Below are positions 54,839 to 64,000 of a stretch of DNA of 64,000 bases, piece by piece. This DNA comes from Paraspadella gotoi (Eukaryota; Animalia; Chaetognatha). The notes beneath the pieces were generated by a model that saw nothing but the letters and a program-made list of their open reading frames with translations, was not told the origin of the DNA and searched no databases. Position numbers and translations under genes: made by a program. Position 1 is the first letter of the stretch. Each line of letters begins with the position of its first letter. The stretch lies in contig CM119266.1 of the NCBI GenBank assembly GCA_051294375.1, forward strand, positions 18,098,087 to 18,162,086, given 5' to 3'.

Positions 54839-55781
54839 GAGCGTTAGAAAATAACAAAAATAACAATCAAGTGAGGTACATAGCTATTTTAAGTGTAATT
54901 AGTCTGAAATCGATGGTGATGACCATTTTTTGTATAAATTTTATTTCTTGTCGAAATAAGGTTTTTTAATTAATCAAAGTTATAAACCATATCATTATGA
55001 ATAAATCAAATATTTAAAATTTTATAAAATTTATATAGCTTTGAAATATAAAAATAAAATTAATAAAAATATTTGGTAAGTTTTATATCTAAATTTTATG
55101 TTTTTAAAAAATTATTAACTATATTTAATTAATAATAGAGTAAAAATTGGGCTAAAGTAAAATAATAATTTCAAAATTTTTTTCACTGGATTGCCATTCC
55201 TTTTGCAAAAAGTTGATATAAGAAATATAATTTTTAATATCAAAATTATTCATTAGTTGGTCAAAATTCAGAAAAAACGATAATTTTTAAGGCCTAAAAT
55301 GAAAAATCACAAAAATATAGTTGTTAATATTAATTAACCCTACTTAATGAGAGATTTTTAAAATGGATATATTTTTATTCACTTTTGTAAGGATTCAAAT
55401 CTGTTTTAAAATTTAAATATTTTTATTTTTTCACTTAGCTTATTTTTTATTATATTTATTAATAAATATAGCTAACAAACATTAATAAAATAATATTGTA
55501 AATAAACTTACCAAAATATTTATATTGGGTCTTTATACTTACAATTAATGTAAGTTAAATATGGCTTTTATAAAATCTTAATAATTTGGTTTCTTATACT
55601 CTAGCAATATTTCTCCATTTTAATAGCCCTTATATGCTGCAAAATTCGCGATTCGACAAAGGAAGAATGAGACTATACAAAAAAATGGGTTATCATCATC
55701 GAATTCTACAGAGCTTTATTAACACTAAAATAGCTATGTACCTCACTTGATCTTGTTATATTTTTATTTTTCAACCGCCTG
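54839..55781. mobile_element. ~940-bp diverged fold-back/MITE element flanked by TA, downstream of the FoxC stop
   Basis: CAAGTGAGGTACATAGCTATTTTAAGTGT...CATTTTTTGTATA (54868-54935) is mirrored by TATACAAAAAAATGG...ACACTAAAATAGCTATGTACCTCACTTG (55674-55749), with weaker inverted similarity continuing inward to about 55290. The right end reads TA|CAGGCGGTTGAAAAAT on the minus strand (Tc1-like). Confidence 0.75.
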
Positions 55782-56344
55782 TACCGGCAATCCCGTGCAA
55801 TAGTTACGTCGCCCACGAATAAACCCAATTCTACTGTAAGTCGCATCCGCCGCCGGTCCCCGTTATTCACCGACACATACGCCAATCCCGCCAATCGCCC
55901 TGTATACTTGCCTTATCTGTGAAAAAAAAATCAAACTCCTTCTCTCTCTCTCTCTCTCTCCTTCCTCTCTCTTCTCTCTCCTCTCTCTCCTTTTTCTCAT
56001 CTTCTCTATCTCATCCTCTCTCTCTCTTTCCCCTCGGTATAATAAAATCACCTTATTGGTATTTTTATTATTGTTTCGAGGTATTATATATCATTCATAC
56101 AAATGTTTAGTTTTGAGTCATCTGAAATAAACCAGATTTAAATTTAACGTTTGTGTGCACAACAATTTGTTGCGTGCAAATGGACGCAAATGGACGCTCT
56201 GCTTGTAACCCGCCGATTTATCTTCACCCCCCCGTCTCTCTCTGTCCTTTTTATTCTTTTATGTTTTTCGCAATTTGTTCGTCAGTATTAATTATTGTTT
56301 ATCGTTTATCGTTCATTGTTCTCTCTCTCTCTCTGTCTCTCAGG

Positions 56345-59300
56345 AGAGAGAGAGATAGAGAGAGAGAGAAGGATGAGGAGAGAGAGAGAGAGACAGAGAG
56401 CGAGAGAAGAACAATGAACGATAAACGATAAACAATATATTATACTGACACGACACAAATTGCGAAAAACATAAAAGAATAAAAAGGACAGAGAGAGACG
56501 GGGGGTGAAGAATCGCGAGGTACAAGCAGAGGTCATTGCGTCCATTTGCACGGCAACAAATTGTCTAGTTGCACCAAAACGTTAAATTTAAATCTGGTTA
56601 TTTCAGATGACTCAAACTAAACATTTTGTATGAATGATATTAATACACTCGAAACAATAATTAAATCACCAATAAGGTGATTTTATTATACCGAGGGGAA
56701 AGAGAGAGAGGGATGAGATAGATGGAAGAGAGAAAAAGGAGAAGAGTGAGAGAGATAGAGAGAGGAAGCGAAGAGAGAGAGAGAGGAGGGTTTGATTTTT
56801 TTTTCACAGATAAGGCAAGTACAGGGCGAATTGGCGGGATTGGCGTTGTGTCGGTGAATAACGGGGACCGGGGCGGATCGACTTACAGTAGATTGGTTTA
56901 TGGGGCACCGTACATTGCACGGGATTGCCGAGTACAGTGGGTGAAAAATAAGAAATATAACAAAAAATCCAAGTGAGTACATAGCTATTTTAGTGTAATA
57001 AAGCTCTGTTAGAATTCGATGATGATACCCATTTTTTTGTATAGTCTATCTTCCTTTGTCGAATGCGAATTTTGCAGCATATAACGGGCTTTTAAAATGG
57101 AGAAAATGCTAGAGATAAGAAAACCAAATTATTAAGATTTTATAAAGCCATATTTACTTACATTAATTGTAAGTATAAAGACCAATATAAATATTTTGGT
57201 AAGTTTATTTACAATTTTATATTTATTATGTTTGTTAGCTATATTTATTAATAAATATAATAAAATAAGCTAAGTGAAAAAATAAAAACATTAAATTTTA
57301 AAACCAGATTTGAATCTTACAAAAGTGAATTAAAAAATATATCCATTTTAAAATTCTTCATTAAGTAGGTTTTACATTTAACAAACTATTATTTTTGTGA
57401 TTTTTCAATTTTAGGCTTAAAAATTATCGTTTTTTTCTGAATTTTGACCAACTAATAATAATTTTGATAATTAAAAATTATATTTCTATATCATTTTTGC
57501 AAAGAATGCAATCCATGAAAAAAAATTTTGAATTATATTTGTACTTTAGCCCAATTTTTATCTAATTATATAATATAAATATAGTTAATAATTTTTAAAA
57601 ACATAAAATTAGATATTAAAATTACCAAAATTTTTTAATTATATTTTTATATTTCAAAGCTTTAAATTTTATTAAATTTTAAATATTTATTTATATAACT
57701 GGATATGGTTTATAACTTTTTATTACATAAAACCTTATTTTCGACAAGAATAAATTTATACAAAAAATGGTCATCACCATCGATTTACAGATAATTACAC
57801 TTAAAATGCTAGTTACTCACTTGATTGTTATTTTTGTTATTTTTAAGCTCTACGTACAGGGGGGAAGGGAGTTTCAAGTTATACAGAAAGCTAAAGCAGT
57901 AGAATTCGTTTAACGACAATAAAATTTGTATTGATACGAAATGTTGATATTTATAAAATTCTTCGAAAATATGGATTTTAATTTTATACAAACAACTCAA
58001 TGAATAGTTTCTAACAGGATAACCGATTTAATGAGAGACCGACTTTTAAGCTTCATTGCCAAATTTCATGTTCGCATTCTAATGCCGTACGTTATATCAT
58101 TAATTTATAATCACCTCGTTCAATTAAAATACGGACGATTTATCTCCATGGATCGCTTGTATTTTTAACCGTTGAAAAAACGTTTGTTTTTGTTTTCATT
58201 CGTGTTTTATTTATGTTTATTAGTTTGTTATGTTTTATCTTTTGCTTTAAGTTTTACTTTCCGCAGTCAAATGCCCGAAAGAACGCGTTTTGGCGACGGA
58301 GTAGGGCGGCTACGTGCGAAGCCACGCAAGCTGTGCCGCGCCGACCGGGAATTCGCACGGATCTCGGCGGCATGCAGCCCCGGAGTCCTGATGAGCTGCG
58401 TCCAACGAAATAGGTGGCCGCAGTCCTGCCCGGCCGGAGTTCACTCACCCGGGTTACCGGCTCAAATGATCGTGTGAGGGTGTGTGTATTGGGAGCGCGC
58501 TTGATGATGATTGATTGATAATGATAGATTCGCCGGCCTACCACGCGCCGGCCACATGGCCGCTGCCGTAGCGGTCCCCCTGCCGCGTAGTCGACGCCAA
58601 CACCTTGAAGCCGGAGCGGCCCGCTCACTCGGTGGCGCGCGCAGATGGACACGCACGCGGCGACGCATCGACGACGATGGCAGAACGCGCGGTTATGCGT
58701 AACACACGCGTTCGTTGAGAGTGGTGGAGGCGTGCGTCCGTGTGACCGGTCGCTGCGGCCTGAGCGCCCTGAGTCCCGCTGGAGCTCGACTTGACTGGTA
58801 TTTAAGATTGTTCCGACGGGATAATTTTGTCGCCGCGGTGAGCCGCTGCCGCCCCTGGCGACTTTCACGTCGCCCGGACGAGGGCAAATCACGCGGAGAA
58901 GGCGTGTCGTGCGTAGTTCCTCGGCCGCGTGTGGTGACCGGTGCGGGCCCTCGTCGACGGGACGCCCCGGGTCGTTTGCGAGGCGCCGTTGGCGGCGGAG
59001 GGACGTGTGCGGCCACGAGACCCTCGAGGGCGTCTCGTCCGGTCCTGTTGCGGATTATGCGTCAGATCCCCGCTCTTTCGCCTATGATCGTGTTCAACGG
59101 AATTGTGTTATTTGTATTTCTGCCCGGACGTCTCTTCTCAATGATTTTGCTGTTTTTGATGTTGTTGAGGTGTGCTATTGTAGAATTTCTCCGTTCGAGT
59201 CGCCTATCTGTTGTGTGGGTAGCTGTCGCCGGCACGTGTGGGCGAACCGTCGTTCTCTTCGCCTGAGGGCCACGCAGTTTGACTGTGCGGCGCCGGCGCG

Positions 59301-60739
59301 GCCCGACGAGCAGAGCACGTTCTAATTCGTTTCGTTTCGACCCGATCCCGGCGAGCCCGATCAGGCAAATCTCCCATCCGCCGCCGCGCCACGTCCCGTG
59401 TTGTGAGCTGAATCTGATGTGCATTGCCTGTTACCCAATTCCTGATAATCCATTCTCGCTCTTTGACGTCACCTTTGCTGTCGATTTCTTGTGGCGGCCT
59501 GTCCTCCCTTGCGTTTTTAGCGCGCGACACGCAATAACTTCCTGTTGTCGACATGTTGTAAGCTCCGTGGTTCCGGTCCATACGACCTGCCGGGTGTCTT
59601 GCTCGTTCGCGAGCGATTTTTGATTGAAGCAATCTGAACTTAGGTGTGGGATGGATTTTGCCACCTGTTTTAAGGGACAGTGGTATCTTTAGGGGTAGTT
59701 AATTTTTTTTTTTATCCAAATATAATTTTATTATATTCGTTTGGATTCGTTAACGTCCAGAATTAAAATTAATTTGGCGTGTCGACTTGCTCCGGTTGAC
59801 TCACCTGTTTGTTTCTGTTAATACGGAGATCGTCCATGATGAAACTGATAGATGCCGCTTCAGGTGATCCGTGTTTGTCAGTGGCGTCTGTTAAAAATAT
59901 ATATAATAATTTGAGTTATTTCAATACTAAGTATCATGAACGTTTCTGACCGGTCAGATCTTAAAATATATGCTGCCTTGAGGAGTATTATAAAGCTATA
60001 TGTTAGCTTAATGCGCGACCATAGCTCTACACGCCTGAGCAAAATTCATATATACTTCAGGTTATTTACATCGGGCAAAATTAAATCCGGCTATCATAGT
60101 TTCAGTCATTTTCAATCGCTGACTACATTGCACAGTTAATTTATTAATTCTAACCCTAGATATCAACATTCGGAACTTCGGTCACCGAAGGATTAATTAC
60201 ATCCGGGTTTAAATCTATAAACAGATTAACCGGGCAATCAATGAGTACTATTACTTATTATGTCAATAATCAATGAGTAAATATTACTTATTAGGTCTTG
60301 TTCTTCTTCTTCGCAAATTGCAAAAAAATATCAAATTTTCTCAAATCGATAATTTATGTTTCTGACGAAACACGCCCCCCCACTGCCAAGCCTCGTAGGC
60401 CGTCTGACTGCGCGATTAAAAAAATATATTCCATATATTGATATCATTTCTTTTATTATAATTTTAAAATTCGTCTTTCCTCTCTTAACATTCCACATCA
60501 TCCGATAAAATCTTGCGGTTTTTTTTTAAGAATTTTTTCTTTTTTTCTTTTTTTTTCTTTTTTCTTGTCCGTTTTTTTCTATTTTTTTTTTTTTCACACC
60601 GCCGAACTATCAAAGGAACACAATTTCGCATTCTCCACGATGAAAGGCACGATTTTATCCTTTTCTCTCTCTCATCTCTTCTTTCTCTCTCAGTCTCTCG
60701 TCTCTCTCTCTCATCTCTCTCCTCTCATCTCTCTCGCTC

Positions 60740-60773
<34 letters not shown>

Positions 60774-61478
60774 CGTGAAGGCGCGCTTTCCATTACCAAA
60801 CCGACTCGCTCTCCAATTAGTCGATTTGGGAACGCTCGGGCGATTAGAAGCAAGAGGAGAAGAAAGCGGAGAGCGAGGTTGGCAGGGAGTTCGACTGGGT
60901 TTGTTTGAGGAGGAGAAGAGAAGAGGAGGTAAGTGAGTGAGTGATGTGAGGAGAACGAGAGAGAGAAAGAACGAGTGAAAATTGAATTTTTCTCGCTTCC
61001 TTGCCGTTTGTTGTTTCAACCGAGCAAGGCAATCTCAAGTAGGGAGCCCATTGCCGTTTCAAAGGCCCCACATTGAGGGGGAAACGCCACTGAGAAAGGT
61101 AAACGTTTTCAAACACCCAAAACTATTTAAGATCAATGGAAGTCAGGAAAACTCCGCGTTGGCGGATTTTTGAGGCAAACATGTATTGGTTCAAAGAATA
61201 GTTAGGATTATATAATTTTAAAAAAATTTTTGTTTGAACCTTGGTTTTGTTGAAATTACTGTGTGTCTAAATATAAATATACGTAACTTGATAAACATTC
61301 TTTATTGCAGCTTTACCTCAAAATAACCTATTCAGTTTTATTACCCACAACTTTTTCAAACAATTAAATCCACAAAAATGAAAAACTAAAAAAAAAATGT
61401 CTGTTTACACTTTTTAATGTATTTCTCTCCGGTCTCTCTCACTTCTCTCTCTCTCTCTACTCTCTCTCTCTCTCAATT

Positions 61479-61526
<48 letters not shown>

Positions 61527-63837
61527 GCTTCTCCCAAATGAAGTTGGAGTCAACCTTGAATCGAATTTCTCCCCCAACAATCAGTTCTCATGAAAAGCAT
61601 GAAAGGGAGGAGAGGATTAGGCAAGAGAAGGGGGGAGAAAAAAACTGAAGGGAGAGGGGTAGGGAGGAGAGGGATGGAAGGACGAAAGAGAGAGAGAGAC
61701 GAGACGAGAATAAAAATTGAACGAGTGGTAGGAGAGAAGAGGGAGAAGAGGGGGGGAGAGAGAGAGATTCGATCAGGGGGGAATTTTCGTACTGTGAACA
61801 TCCAGTATTTATTATCACTCTCTTTGTTTTAAATTTCTCAAATTTGTCTACTAAATCTCATTAACTCGATCTAACCAATTAACTTCCGTCACCGGGAACG
61901 AGTCTATATATTATATATATCTCCTCTCTCTCTCTCATTCTCTCCTCTCTCTCTCCTTCTCTCTCTCTCTCTTCGCCTCACAGGACGACTCAATCACTAC
62001 CGAGACGTTGCAGTCAACTCTAGTCGATCACATCAAACGGAAAATAACCAAAATTATGACGACGAAGGTAATAAGATTTACGATGATTAGATCTGAATCA
62101 TCAAAACAGTGTACAGAGCGTTTTTGAAAAACTGAAACATTTTTAAACTAATAATTAGTTTCCTATTTGTCTAGAGTTTCTTAGTAAGTTTTACAGCTCC
62201 AAATTATTCATATTTTTTTTCTTGTCAATATTTGGTTCATGGAAACATTTTTTTTCAAGGCAATCCTATACGTCAATAGAGAAAAAAAGAAAAGATAAGA
62301 AATAAGAATATTGAAATTTAAAACAAAAATGAGTCTTCTAGCCCACGTGATGTAAACTAACGTTTCTATGACAACATTATTATTTTTCACTAACAACAAG
62401 AGATCGTTGTAACTGAAAAGAGTAGTTCTACAGATAATGTGCCTCTTCTAGCTCGCAATATAGACCAATTACCTTTTTTAAGAACCCGGATCTCAACCAG
62501 CGAAAATTTCTAATAATTAGACTATTAGCTATTTTCTCATAGTGTAATACTAAATTGATTTGTAAGAAACGCGAGAGAAAGCAAAAAAATTACGCCGTGT
62601 AACACTACAAATGAAATACTCGTTAACCTGGACATACGATGTCATTCCAACAAATTAATTAGTTCATTTTTAGTTTTAGAGTATTAGAATTCACTTTCAA
62701 TCTACCTTTACCTCTCTCTCACAGCTTTAACCATCGGTGTGAATGATTTTGATATTGTCAAATTAAATAAGTTGAAATGAGTGTTTTTCCCATATATTCT
62801 CCAATATGAAATGAGGATTAAATTTTTTATACTTCAAGATATTCCCTTCGTTTCCTCTCTGTTCCCTCTCCTTTCTTCTTCTCATCTTGGCACAACAATT
62901 ACTTACACTTGTTCCTTCTTTATTTTGTTCCTCTTCCACCCACTTCTTCTTTCTTTTTCCTCTCTTCCTCATCTCTCCCTCTTATCCTTTTACCCCTTTC
63001 TGCTTCTTCCTCTCCTCCTTCCCTATTTTCAGAACTTACTTTAGGCGATTTTGAAAACTCAGAGAGAGGAAATACATCGACTGCCCATGGTTGGAAAGAA
63101 CAGAAGAAAGAAAATAGGAGGAACAAAGCAAAGATCAGAAAACAGGACGGAATAGAAAGAAGCAAAAGAGAGTAGAAAGAAATAAGAACAGAAATTTAGA
63201 TACAGTCAGAAAGGAAAGCGTAGGAAAAAGAGAAAGAAAGAAAGAAAGGAAAGACAGAAAGAAAGCAAGAAAGAAGAAAAGAGAAGAAGACTAAGAAAGA
63301 AAAGAAAGAAAGAAAGTTGAAAGGAAAGAAAGAAAACGGAACCCAAAAATCTCTCATTTCCCACCTAACATCTTTCATCTTTTCCTTTCCTCCTAAAAAG
63401 TACAGCGTACGTTGTTTTAACAGAACGGATTTCCCATCATCCCGATTCGTTATACAGAGCGCGGCTGTAATACTTTTTCGCACTTTGAAAAAAAATTATT
63501 ACGGAAACTTTTTTGTTTATTATTGAAATTTTAAGCGAAAGCTGGATGTTAATTTTGTTTTTTGAGAAGAGAAGAGAAATGCTAAAGATCTATCTCTCAC
63601 TCCTCTCTCTCTCTCTCTCTCTCTCATCTTCTCTCTCTCTCTTCTCTCTTCTCTCTCTCTCCCTCTCTTCTCTCTCTTGCTCCGCTCTCTCGTTCGTTTC
63701 TGCAACCTGAAATATGTGGCCAGCCATTTCGATCCTTGCAGGGGTGGCATTTCAAATTATGAATAAATGTTTACAGCGAAAGCTCTTTTGCTGCGCTAAA
63801 CAAAAATGGGAAGTATCAATGCAAATCTAGGAATCCC

Positions 63838-63877
<40 letters not shown>

Positions 63878-64000
63878 GCTCTCTTCTCGACAGCACCATC
63901 TAAGGATCTCTCTCTCTCTTCTTTTTCTCTCTCTCTCTCTCTTCTCTCCAGCAACATTCTAGGATCTCTCTCATCTCTCTTCTCTCTCTCTCTCTCTCTC
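56345..64000 (-). repeat. Right arm of a giant palindrome centred near 56340: degraded reverse complement of the FoxC 3' region (garbled exon 5 about 58254-59664, exon 4 about 59805-59888); probable fold-back read artefact
   Basis: ATTGTTTATCGTTTATCGTTCATTGTT (56294-56320) is mirrored at 56410-56436, and collinearity continues to the window end. Confidence 0.9.

Noticed and set aside
56321-56410. SMRTbell adapter at the palindrome centre
   Set aside because: Only CT/GA repeats are visible and the adapter's loop sequence is not recognisable, so the platform is not claimed.
58254-59888. Antisense FoxC pseudogene or second Fox gene, and the GC-rich ORFs here
   Set aside because: It is the garbled reverse complement of exons 4-5 within the palindrome arm; the error pattern fits read noise.

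Overview
AT-rich, microsatellite-dense animal genomic DNA from a gapped draft assembly; the taxon cannot be assigned from the sequence alone. Two real gene loci are supported. (1) A tandem pair of four-EF-hand calmodulin/centrin-like genes on + (about 2453-4898 and 6983-9282) with identical intron positions and degenerate Ca2+ loops. (2) A five-exon FoxC gene on + (21264-54380, about 830 aa by my splicing) with two introns inside the forkhead domain, an eh1 motif and the FoxC C-terminal motif. Smaller elements include a minimal hammerhead-ribozyme-like motif (6481-6530, -), a TA-flanked MITE (7189-7474), a ~940-bp fold-back element just after the FoxC stop (54839-55781), and degenerate copies of an exon motif in FoxC intron 3. 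Much of 24.9-64 kb looks like long-read gap-filling artefact: a direct duplicate, an inverted noisy copy around junk sequence, a frameshifted ~6-kb tandem copy, and a window-end palindrome centred near 56340. I found no convincing new multi-gene system; the best leads are the intron-rich FoxC, the A-rich splice acceptors, the hammerhead motif and the 3' fold-back element.
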